Source: Nitrosopumilaceae archaeon (GTDB lineage Archaea; Thermoproteota; Nitrososphaeria; Nitrososphaerales; Nitrosopumilaceae). Taken from it: a DNA stretch of 35,357 nucleotides. Position numbers and translations under genes: made by a program. The notes beneath the pieces were generated by a model, which was given only the letters and a program-made list of their open reading frames with translations, was not told where the DNA came from and did no database searches. The stretch covers positions 1 to 35,357 of the forward strand of contig CBDATR010000007.1 of the NCBI GenBank assembly GCA_965200155.1. Reading direction: 5' to 3'. Below are positions 10,242-18,868 of this stretch, piece after piece; positions within the stretch are counted from its first letter, which is position 1, and every line of letters begins with the position of its first letter.

Positions 10242-10469
10242 CTCACTTTTCTATATTACATATGCCCATGGATTTATCGCCTAGATTTACACAACCCAAA
10301 CGGCTGCGAGTTATGAACGCCACTACCTGCGGTCTTGAGATACATGCAACCGGCGCATCTCATGATGTGAACCAACTTTTCAGTAGTGACCACGTGAAAT
10401 TTGGACCCGTCCAGGGATCCATCCTGCCCGGCCACCCACGACACTACTGGTAAATACCAAATCACCCTC

Positions 10470-11057
10470 TCACCAGCCGGTACGGGGAAACTTCATTCCC
10501 AGGACGCGCATAGTATCATCATTAGACGCGGCAAACTGCACAACTGTATCCCACTCCTGCCGTACTATATCGGCAACCGGTTTAGGCACATTACTCACCC
10601 AGTCATCATCTCCTCCCGACACTGCATCATACATTCCCTCCTTGACCGATGTGGCCGAGAGGGCACGCCGCTGCCCCACCCTGGGCCGCAACCCAAACAG
10701 CCTAAGCATGAATGCCTCGGCGCGATCACCCGTATACGAGAAATAGTCTCCCTCCACGTCATGAATGATACGGCGGCGCAGTGACCAGGAACGGGGGGTC
10801 AGCAAGTATCGCTTGAAGGGGGCAGTAAAGGAGTAGTCTGGGCTTATGTCAATTTCATCACCAAAGACCGCCCGTAGCATGCGGTAACGCACATCATACG
10901 GAAATGGAAAGCTGCGGCTACCCAGCTCCCGCTCACGATCAAAAAATACCACGGGCATCACCTTAACACGGGTAGCCTGAGTCATCAGGTCACGTATTAT
11001 ATCCACGTGTGCATTAGTTACGGGGTTCAGGTGAGCCAGATATAGTGCCGTAGTCAC
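10470..11057 (-). CDS. Cytidylyltransferase-like (HxGH-superfamily) nucleotidyltransferase
   Basis: N-terminal LAHLNPVTNAH (variant of FxPxTxGH), FPYDVRYRML, and LSATSVK (SxT motif) followed by W..NVP..V. Confidence 0.75.
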   Translation of the reverse strand: MTTALYLAHLNPVTNAHVDIIRDLMTQATRVKVMPVVFFDRERELGSRSFPFPYDVRYRMLRAVFGDEIDISPDYSFTAPFKRYLLTPRSWSLRRRIIHDVEGDYFSYTGDRAEAFMLRLFGLRPRVGQRRALSATSVKEGMYDAVSGGDDDWVSNVPKPVADIVRQEWDTVVQFAASNDDTMRVLGMKFPRTGW

Positions 11058-11071
11058 AAAAAGTCACCACA

Positions 11072-11145
11072 TAGGGACGGCGGGACTTGAACCCGCGATC
11101 TCCAGCACCCGAAACTGGCAGTATACCATGCTAACCTACGTCCCT
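11072..11145 (-). tRNA. tRNA-Pro(CGG)
   Basis: Acceptor AGGGACG/CGTCCCT-A, anticodon arm CCAGT-TTCGGGT-GCTGG, T arm GCGGG-TTCAAGT-CCCGC. Confidence 0.93.
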
Positions 11146-11189
11146 ATCATTCAGGAAAAACCAAAGAATATTTTACTCTAGCGTAGAGA

Positions 11190-12038
11190 CTAGCCATAGG
11201 ACTCGAACTTGACCTCAAAGCTACCATCTTGGCGCTTTTTGCGGTTGGTTACAAATCCCTTGGGAGTAAGCATCTCCATGGCACCATCAATTGTACCCTG
11301 CCATCCACATATGTAGAATATTGTATTCTCCCGGGTTATCTTGTCTCCCACTAGTTCCTCCAGTGGCATGACACCGTTACTTGTCGGTCTTAGGAAGGAC
11401 TCTACTCTGCCTACCTGGCCTGTCCAGTCCCGGTTCTCCTTGGGTCGGCTTATGGACGCGCGGTACGTAAAATTCCACTTGTCCTTGCCCTTGTCCAGGC
11501 TCTCCTCCTGTAGTTGGTTAAAGAGGTCTTGATAACCCAGCTCATCCACGTAACTGGCGCCGTGCAAGACTACCAGTTCACGCTTGTCACCAACATCATG
11601 CAGGTGCTGTGCAAAGCTTACAAATGGCGCCAAACCGGTTCCGCCACCTAGGCATACTATACGTCGTTCGTCCTTCTCTCCTGTGTGTAGTGTATCGTTG
11701 ATATTCAGATCGGCACCCCGGGGAGCCATCCATTTCATCTCTGCGCCTACCCTGGCATTGAAGAGCTGAGTGGTTAATCGGCCGGGGAGGGGTTTTCTGA
11801 CCCAGCGTATGTACAGTTCAATGTATTTGCGGTTCTCCGGGTGCGACGCTATGGAGTACGCCCGGCGCACCATCTTGTTTTGTTCGTTGGGGTTTGGCAT
11901 TCCCAGTATAATGTACTGGCCCGCCTTGTACTGTGGAACATCCGCATCAGTGGGTACTATCCTGCATATCATGAGATCATCTTTCAGCTTGTCAATGTAT
12001 GTTAGTTGTGCAGTTTTTTCGCCCTTCACGAATTCCAT
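11190..12038 (-). CDS. fpr: Ferredoxin-NADP+ reductase
   Basis: RAYSIAS FAD motif, GGTGLAPF, YICG and C-terminal ESYG. Confidence 0.9.
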   Translation of the reverse strand: MEFVKGEKTAQLTYIDKLKDDLMICRIVPTDADVPQYKAGQYIILGMPNPNEQNKMVRRAYSIASHPENRKYIELYIRWVRKPLPGRLTTQLFNARVGAEMKWMAPRGADLNINDTLHTGEKDERRIVCLGGGTGLAPFVSFAQHLHDVGDKRELVVLHGASYVDELGYQDLFNQLQEESLDKGKDKWNFTYRASISRPKENRDWTGQVGRVESFLRPTSNGVMPLEELVGDKITRENTIFYICGWQGTIDGAMEMLTPKGFVTNRKKRQDGSFEVKFESYG

Positions 12039-12083
12039 TCCAGCTAATAGCGGTTAAATATTTTGCTATAGCGTGAACAGCAA

Positions 12084-12343
12084 TGTAATGTATGAAAAGT
12101 CGGTCCGCTAGTCATTGGTATCTCACTCCATCCATTTTGCATCATTTGCCCTAATTGTCTGGGTCGCCTTTTTATTCCTGAAGCGGTGTTTCGCCGTTAT
12201 CTATCCAGTGAGAAGTGCAACCTTCTCTCATTGTAGTAGTCCACATAATCCCGGAGACTGTCATAATGCCATATCTCATCCTCAATCGTTCTGTGGAAGC
12301 GCTCCAGTTTGCCATTTGTCTGCGGGCGGTATGGTCTGGAATT
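12084..12343 (-). mobile_element. IS481-family 3' fragment (right IR retained), truncated by MITE
   Basis: Matches the right ends of the 5720-6767 and 8694-9723 copies. Confidence 0.85.
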
Positions 12344-12435
12344 GTATGAGTTCACCTGTGTCTAAATTTACGCATAACTGATCGCGACAGTTAATGTGAT
12401 TTGTGCATAAGATTCCGGAAGACGTGAACTCATAC
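12344..12435. mobile_element. MITE copy 7 (92 bp, no TSD)
   Basis: Intact TIRs; joins an IS481 fragment to unrelated DNA. Confidence 0.92.
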
Positions 12436-12593
12436 ATTTAAGTTGCTCCTGTACAGATGTCTCCCTCACGGAAGTCACTTGAGGATACACAAGACTATTC
12501 CAGACTGGAAAGTGTACTGGAGAGGTGCAGGATGAGGGGCATGGATTTCTACCGTTACATCGAGTATATGATGAATTCTACTTTTAAAAAAAA
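12436..12593 (+). pseudogene. Probable IS66-family transposase C-terminal remnant
   Basis: Translates to ...RKSLEDTQDYSRLESVLERCRMRGMDFYRYIE, resembling the IS66 TnpC tail (SxxxTCxxxGxxFxxYL). Paralogous scrap at 31525-31584. Confidence 0.5.
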
Positions 12594-12644
12594 GAATTAT
12601 ATAGTTAAGTTACATTTATAAAGTAGTAAGAACTATGTTAACCT

Positions 12645-13574
12645 ATGCAACAAGCACCAGGAAAATCATTCAGAAAGGGAGTTACAATGGCCGAATTGTT
12701 CCAAATGTTCCCGGATGAAAAGACCGCCATGAAGTGGTTCGAAACCACTCTCTGGAAGGACGGTAGAAAATGCCCCCGATGCGGTTCCAGTATGACGTCC
12801 GAGTCCACACATAGAACAATGCCTTACCGCTGTGTAGACTGTAAGCAGTTCTTTAGTGTTAAAATGGGGACCATAATGGAACGATCCAAAATCAGTTACC
12901 AGTCTTGGGCGATAGCAACATACCTGTTTGCCACCAACCTGAAAGGTGTCAGTTCCATGAAACTACACCGTGACTTGGGTATTACTCAGAAGTCGGCATG
13001 GTTCATGGTACACCGACTAAGAGAGTCATGGGGAACATTGGTCAGTGATAAGATGGAGGGATCAGTCGAGATAGACGAGTCCTATTTTGGCGGTAAAGAG
13101 AAGAACAAACATGGAACGAAACGTCTTAACGTGAAAGGCGGTTCCGGTGGCAAGACAGCCGTTGTTGGTATGAAAGACCGCAAGACTGGAATGATTCGCG
13201 CGGAACCACTCCCGGATACAACCGCGGCACGTCTCGGCAAATTTATTCAGGAGAACGCCAAGGCGGATGCCGTGAAATATACTGATGACAATCCTGCATA
13301 CCGCTCACTAAAGAACCATGGAATAGTGAAACATAGTGTAGGTGAATATGTCAAAGAACAGGCTCACACCAATGGTATCGAGTCATTCTGGGCGATACTA
13401 AAACGGGGGTATTACGGCATATTCCACCATGTTTCCGCGAAACACCTACACCGTTATGTGAATGAATTCGCCTGGAGATTCAACATTAGAGTACAAGATA
13501 CCATTTCAATGATGGAATCGATAACACGTTCCATGACTGGCCACAGGCTGACATATCAGCAGTTGATATCCTGA
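12645..13574 (+). CDS. IS1595-family (ISXO2-like) transposase, apparently intact
   Basis: Zn ribbon CPRC..YRCVDC, HTH (SSMKLHRDLGITQKSAWFM), VEIDESY, YTDD, HTNGIESFW and HLHRYVNEF..RFN. TATA TTTATAAA at 12615-12622. Confidence 0.95.
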   Translation: MQQAPGKSFRKGVTMAELFQMFPDEKTAMKWFETTLWKDGRKCPRCGSSMTSESTHRTMPYRCVDCKQFFSVKMGTIMERSKISYQSWAIATYLFATNLKGVSSMKLHRDLGITQKSAWFMVHRLRESWGTLVSDKMEGSVEIDESYFGGKEKNKHGTKRLNVKGGSGGKTAVVGMKDRKTGMIRAEPLPDTTAARLGKFIQENAKADAVKYTDDNPAYRSLKNHGIVKHSVGEYVKEQAHTNGIESFWAILKRGYYGIFHHVSAKHLHRYVNEFAWRFNIRVQDTISMMESITRSMTGHRLTYQQLIS

Positions 13575-13610
13575 TGATTCATTTAAACCACCCTTCCATG
13601 ATGAAATCAC

Positions 13611-14942
13611 ATGGTAGCGTGTAGATCTATTAACGGTCATGCGAACATGATTTTGTATGGTATGATATTCGGGAACAAACATCGCGGAACAAACATCGCG
13701 GAACAAACATCGCGGAACAAACATCGCGGAACAAACATCGCGGAACAAACATCGCGGAACAAACATCGCGGAACAAACATCGCGGAACAAACATCGCGGA
13801 ACAAACATCGCGGAACAAACATCGCGGAACAAACATCGCGGAACAAACATCGCGGAACAAACATCGCGGAACAAACATCGCGGAACAAACATCGCGGAAC
13901 AAACATCGCGGAACAAACATCGCGGAACAAACATCGCGGAACAAACATCGCGGAACAAACATCGCGGAACAAACATCGCGGAACAAACATCGCGGAACAA
14001 ACATCGCGGAACAAACATCGCGGAACAAACATCGCGGAACAAACATCGCGGAACAAACATCGCGGAACAAACATCGCGGAACAAACATCGCGGAACAAAC
14101 ATCGCGGAACAAACATCGCGGAACAAACATCGCGGAACAAACATCGCGGAACAAACATCGCGGAACAAACATCGCGGAACAAACATCGCGGAACAAACAT
14201 CGCGGAACAAACATCGCGGAACAAACATCGCGGAACAAACATCGCGGAACAAACATCGCGGAACAAACATCGCGGAACAAACATCGCGGAACAAACATCG
14301 CGGAACAAACATCGCGGAACAAACATCGCGGAACAAACATCGCGGAACAAACATCGCGGAACAAACATCGCGGAACAAACATCGCGGAACAAACATCGCG
14401 GAACAAACATCGCGGAACAAACATCGCGGAACAAACATCGCGGAACAAACATCGCGGAACAAACATCGCGGAACAAACATCGCGGAACAAACATCGCGGA
14501 ACAAACATCGCGGAACAAACATCGCGGAACAAACATCGCGGAACAAACATCGCGGAACAAACATCGCGGAACAAACATCGCGGAACAAACATCGCGGAAC
14601 AAACATCGCGGAACAAACATCGCGGAACAAACATCGCGGAACAAACATCGCGGAACAAACATCGCGGAACAAACATCGCGGAACAAACATCGCGGAACAA
14701 ACATCGCGGAACAAACATCGCGGAACAAACATCGCGGAACAAACATCGCGGAACAAACATCGCGGAACAATACTAGTTTAGGTTTCCACCACGATACCGC
14801 CAAGGATGGAATAGTATTTGACTGGTTCGGGTGGAGTAACCGATTCTTTAACGAGGGGGCGCCGAATAGTTCCCTGTCCAGGGGACTTAATAGAACCCGT
14901 TCCACAACCAGCGAGGGCGCTACGCGCAACGAGGGCGTCTAG
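13611..14942 (+). CDS. Possible repeat-containing leader ORF (NKHRGTNIAEQTSR)x26
   Basis: TTTAAA at 13582-13587 (24-29 bp upstream of the ATG); stop is 2 bp before the R-M start. The array has no stops in any frame, so its openness is not evidence of coding. Confidence 0.3.
   Translation: MVACRSINGHANMILYGMIFGNKHRGTNIAEQTSRNKHRGTNIAEQTSRNKHRGTNIAEQTSRNKHRGTNIAEQTSRNKHRGTNIAEQTSRNKHRGTNIAEQTSRNKHRGTNIAEQTSRNKHRGTNIAEQTSRNKHRGTNIAEQTSRNKHRGTNIAEQTSRNKHRGTNIAEQTSRNKHRGTNIAEQTSRNKHRGTNIAEQTSRNKHRGTNIAEQTSRNKHRGTNIAEQTSRNKHRGTNIAEQTSRNKHRGTNIAEQTSRNKHRGTNIAEQTSRNKHRGTNIAEQTSRNKHRGTNIAEQTSRNKHRGTNIAEQTSRNKHRGTNIAEQTSRNKHRGTNIAEQTSRNKHRGTNIAEQTSRNKHRGTNIAEQTSRNKHRGTNIAEQTSRNNTSLGFHHDTAKDGIVFDWFGWSNRFFNEGAPNSSLSRGLNRTRSTTSEGATRNEGV
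13672..14770. repeat. Perfect tandem repeat, 14-bp unit GGAACAAACATCGC x78 plus 7-bp partial
   Basis: 13672-14763 = 1092 bp = 78 units, then GGAACAA. No variant unit seen. Confidence 0.97.
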
Positions 14943-14944
14943 CC

Positions 14945-17710
14945 GTGGCCGATGTCGAGACCACGCTGAACACCCATCTGGCAAGACTACTGAACGATAT
15001 GAGGTATAACTGGACAGCAAAAGCTGAGCAGGGACACATGATGAAAAAACGCGCCCAGATAGATGTACTGATTGAAGAGCCGGGCTGGAAGCGTGTCATT
15101 GTAGAATGTAAAATCGGCATGAAACCGGATGACATTCGTAAACGGTTTGAGAATAGATTCCGGGACGATAACACAGTTCCAGCTGTAATATTCGAGGTCA
15201 AGTATGACGAATCATTACAGTCATGGAGTGATTTAGAAACAACAGAGAAACTACACTACTCTTTACACTATGATGCTAACACAAGATACCCAAATAATGG
15301 CTTCTTGACCGGAACTGTTCGTGATTTGGCAGTTTCAATACAATATGGTCGAGTCATTCCGGGGGATCATGAAGCCGCCATAATGCACGATGCCGTGAGT
15401 GGTGCAGGAGTGATTATAGGTAGAACAAGTGCACGTTCCAAAATATCACAAATTTTGTCTCAGGAGGTATCAATACAGACAGATGTCATGGCCGCACTTA
15501 CACTGGCAGGCGCCCTTTCATTTCATGACACAGCGGCTGTTCCTGAGGGAATCACAACGCTAGGTGGCATAATGTTTAGTGGTAAAGCTGACGTTGCCTC
15601 ATTATTAGAGTCGTGGAGGCGGATATTACTCATCAATTATTATCCGATTTTTGATCCCGCAAGAAAAATACTCGCCGCTCTACCAATGAATGAGGCATCC
15701 GAGATAATGGGTATGTTGTATAACGCGAATAGTCGTATACACGCACAAGGAGAGTCACCGGACTTGTACGGAATGGTATTCCAGAGAGTGATAAATGATA
15801 GAAAAAGACTGGCGGCATTTTATACCAAACCGGCATCCGCGGCCTTACTAGCTGCTGTCACAATACCGGATCAATGGCATGATACAGAATCTGTCAAAAA
15901 CATACGAGTGGCAGATTTTGCTTGCGGAACAGGAGCACTATTACATGCCGCATACAAAAGAATATCTGCAAACTATGAAGCTGCATCCGGTCTTTCCATG
16001 AGAGATATACACCCGCACATGATGGCACACTCCTTAATTGGGGCTGATGTATTGCCCATATCTACACACCTTACCGCCGCTGGGCTAACTAGCATGTATC
16101 CAAAACGGAGTTACTCTCATACAAAAATATACCAACCGATCCAAGGTGGTAGGGATAATAGACTGGGTTCTCTGGAATGGATAAAGAATGATGCCACCAT
16201 TGACCAGTCAGAGCTCCGCCTGACCGGTAGTGGAATAAGTGGTGAGATGGACGCACCGCCACATCACTCTTGTGATTGTATTCTGATGAATCCACCATAC
16301 GTCCGTTCACAGGGACCAGGTGGGAATAAAAACAAGTCAGATACTCGACAAATGTTTACTGCATTCGGCGCTACCAGTGCAGAGAGGGAAAAGATGAGTC
16401 AGCGTGCCATTCAACTATTCAAAAAGAATCGTTCCTGTTCAAACAAGCAGGCGGGGCTTGCAACATTCTTTATGGATCTAGCACATAAAAAAATAAAGAA
16501 GGGTGGCTATCTCGGAGTGATTCTCCCCATGACCGCGGCGACCGGTGTCAAGTGGGAGCAGTTCCGCAATTTAATATCGAAACATTATGATGATGTCATT
16601 ATAATATCGGGGCAGTTCTCGGCAGATACCGGGATGAAGGAAATCATTGTATCCGGTCGTAGAACTGAGAAACCGTCAGGACGCGGAATATTTGTGTCAT
16701 TGAATGAAACACCACAATCAACCCTGGAAGGTGTATGTACAGGTATGGCTATATGGGAAAAACCCATCCTACCAATAGACGGGAACAGACCAACTGGCGG
16801 AACCAGCATAAAGGTTGGAGATGACTGTATCGGTACGGCCATTGAGGGAACGATAGATGGGACGTGGTCGGCTGTTGGTATGTCAAACTTCACTCTACTA
16901 CAAATAGCACATCATTTAGTGAATGGGCAGTTATTCAGTCCGCCATCTTTCATATCCGAACCATTACACATCATTCCTCTACGTGATATAGCAAGTGCAG
17001 GCCCATCACACTTACAGATTCGTGGTACTGAATCACTCCATGACACAACAAGTCGCATGACAGGTTATTCTGGGCCATTCAACTTAGTACAATGGTGGGA
17101 TGGTTGCCTTTATCCCACTCTCTGGAATAATGATCATTCAACACAACATTCCATGATGGTTAAACCGGATCACTCCTTGGAGCCACGTCAGGGCAGTAGT
17201 GATGATGTGATTGAACGGATATGGGATACCCGTTCACACGTACAGATGAATATTACAGCTAGAACCACCAGTCAGAGACTGATGTGCGCTTACACAGAAC
17301 AGCCGGTAGTGGGAGGGAGTGCATGGCCGAGTATCATACTAAAACGGGAATGGGAAGAAAACATTCCCGCACAGAAAGAGTCTGTAGAAAAAGGGTTGGT
17401 TGTATGGTGTAATGGAACGCTCGGTATTCTAATGAGGTGGTATATTTCTGGACACCAACAATCTGGTCGAAGTATTACCACACGTACTGGAGTGATGGAT
17501 TTGCCGGTACCTGCCATCCCATTGCTGAAACGACTGGGATCAATCTATGACGAATTCAAGAATCTGCCCCTTGATAGAATGATGAACCTGTGGAAGGATG
17601 AGAATCGTATTAGGATGGACGATGCCATTCTGGAACGGTTGGGACTTGACATAAATCTGGATTATATCCGCAAACACTTGTGTGCAGAACCCACCATGAA
17701 TGGTTCCTAG
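14945..17710 (+). CDS. Type IIG-like restriction-modification enzyme (PD-(D/E)xK nuclease + N6-adenine MTase + putative TRD)
   Basis: N-terminal QIDVLI...VIVECK; MTase motifs X (FYT), I (DFACGTG) and IV (MNPPY), plus GGYLGVILP; long C-terminal region; 921 aa. Confidence 0.85.
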   Translation: MADVETTLNTHLARLLNDMRYNWTAKAEQGHMMKKRAQIDVLIEEPGWKRVIVECKIGMKPDDIRKRFENRFRDDNTVPAVIFEVKYDESLQSWSDLETTEKLHYSLHYDANTRYPNNGFLTGTVRDLAVSIQYGRVIPGDHEAAIMHDAVSGAGVIIGRTSARSKISQILSQEVSIQTDVMAALTLAGALSFHDTAAVPEGITTLGGIMFSGKADVASLLESWRRILLINYYPIFDPARKILAALPMNEASEIMGMLYNANSRIHAQGESPDLYGMVFQRVINDRKRLAAFYTKPASAALLAAVTIPDQWHDTESVKNIRVADFACGTGALLHAAYKRISANYEAASGLSMRDIHPHMMAHSLIGADVLPISTHLTAAGLTSMYPKRSYSHTKIYQPIQGGRDNRLGSLEWIKNDATIDQSELRLTGSGISGEMDAPPHHSCDCILMNPPYVRSQGPGGNKNKSDTRQMFTAFGATSAEREKMSQRAIQLFKKNRSCSNKQAGLATFFMDLAHKKIKKGGYLGVILPMTAATGVKWEQFRNLISKHYDDVIIISGQFSADTGMKEIIVSGRRTEKPSGRGIFVSLNETPQSTLEGVCTGMAIWEKPILPIDGNRPTGGTSIKVGDDCIGTAIEGTIDGTWSAVGMSNFTLLQIAHHLVNGQLFSPPSFISEPLHIIPLRDIASAGPSHLQIRGTESLHDTTSRMTGYSGPFNLVQWWDGCLYPTLWNNDHSTQHSMMVKPDHSLEPRQGSSDDVIERIWDTRSHVQMNITARTTSQRLMCAYTEQPVVGGSAWPSIILKREWEENIPAQKESVEKGLVVWCNGTLGILMRWYISGHQQSGRSITTRTGVMDLPVPAIPLLKRLGSIYDEFKNLPLDRMMNLWKDENRIRMDDAILERLGLDINLDYIRKHLCAEPTMNGS

Positions 17711-17955
17711 TTGGTGGCAGAGCTGACCCTTGTTACGCGTAATGCAGTACCCCATTCCCTTGTTGGATTGTTATTCTGCACTCTTGAAGAGTGAATCACT
17801 CCCAAGAATGGCACTATCATTCCCAAACAAGTAACTTAACTATATAATTCCCAAAAAATCTAGACAGATACCAGTCTCCCTGCACACATTGAAATATTAT
17901 TTCCCCAATGGAGATACCGCTAGATTAATACGAATGCCATTTATCATTACAGTCC

Positions 17956-18867
17956 ATGGCACTGGAGCCCCAGAATACCGTATGGTTTGATGGTAAGCTA
18001 ACTTCACTAAGCCAAGCCACCGTACCCATAACCACTCACGCACTGCACTATGGCACCTCCGCCTTTGAGGGCATTCGCGCCTACTGGAATGATGACAATT
18101 TGTATATATTCCGGCTGAACGATCATGTACGCCGCCTGCAACGTTCTGGCACATTCTACAATATTATGCTGCAATACAGTCACGAAGAGATATGCGATGC
18201 CATCATACAGACATGCAAGACCAATAAAATGAAAGAGGACACGTATATCCGGCCACTCTACTTTGTAGGCGACCATGACATAAACATACACGTGACCGGG
18301 GAGGCGCTCACCCACATGGCAGTTATAATATTCCCCCTGAAACAGTATCACGACGAGAACGGCATATCCGCGTGCTTGTCATCATATAGGCGTTTCAGCG
18401 ATCAGGCTACCCCGGTCCAGGCAAAGATGGCAGGGAATTATCTGAATTCCATAATAGCTACCTCCGAGGCCAAGCGTAATGGGTTCCAGGAGGCAATAAT
18501 GCTGGATCACTCAGGTAACATAAGCGAGACGCCCGGAGCCAACATATTCCTGGTCCAGAACGGGACGCTGGTAACGCCGGATGCCGCATCATCAGCACTG
18601 GACGGAATCACAAGGGACACGGTAATGTGGCTGGCTGCCAGGGACAACATAAAGACGGTACAAAGGCGGGTCTCACCCAGTGAGTTGTATACATCAGATG
18701 AGATATTCATAACCGGCACTGCCACCGAGGTCGTTCCCATCATAAAGATAGGCGAGCACTCCATTGGGGCGGGTCCCATAACCAATCTCCTGATGAACAG
18801 GTACAGGGATCTTGTCATGGGCAGGGGTAATACGCCCCTAGAATGGATTACGCCGGTGTATCAGTAA
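17956..18867 (+). CDS. ilvE: Branched-chain amino acid aminotransferase
   Basis: HALHYG..FEGIRAY, YIRP, AKMAGNYLNS, LDGITR and EIFITGTATEVVP. Confidence 0.96.
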   Translation: MALEPQNTVWFDGKLTSLSQATVPITTHALHYGTSAFEGIRAYWNDDNLYIFRLNDHVRRLQRSGTFYNIMLQYSHEEICDAIIQTCKTNKMKEDTYIRPLYFVGDHDINIHVTGEALTHMAVIIFPLKQYHDENGISACLSSYRRFSDQATPVQAKMAGNYLNSIIATSEAKRNGFQEAIMLDHSGNISETPGANIFLVQNGTLVTPDAASSALDGITRDTVMWLAARDNIKTVQRRVSPSELYTSDEIFITGTATEVVPIIKIGEHSIGAGPITNLLMNRYRDLVMGRGNTPLEWITPVYQ

Positions 18868-18868
18868 C

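Larger units (their letters stand above)
12594..17850 (+). mobile_element. IS1595-family transposon with passenger cargo (tandem-repeat ORF + Type IIG R-M)
   Basis: Perfect 20-bp inverted repeats GAATTATATAGTTAAGTTAC (12594-12613) and GTAACTTAACTATATAATTC (17831-17850) enclose the transposase, array and R-M gene. Confidence 0.85.

Noticed and set aside
8037-11145. tRNA-anchored integrated island
   Set aside because: No integrase and no duplicated tRNA 3' end (att site) seen in the window.
13672-14770. CRISPR array
   Set aside because: No spacers, 14-bp unit, and no cas genes in the window.
13506-14929. Three long minus-strand ORFs (MFVPRCLFRDVCSA)n
   Set aside because: By-product of a stop-free 14-bp repeat that cycles through all frames; no independent coding evidence.
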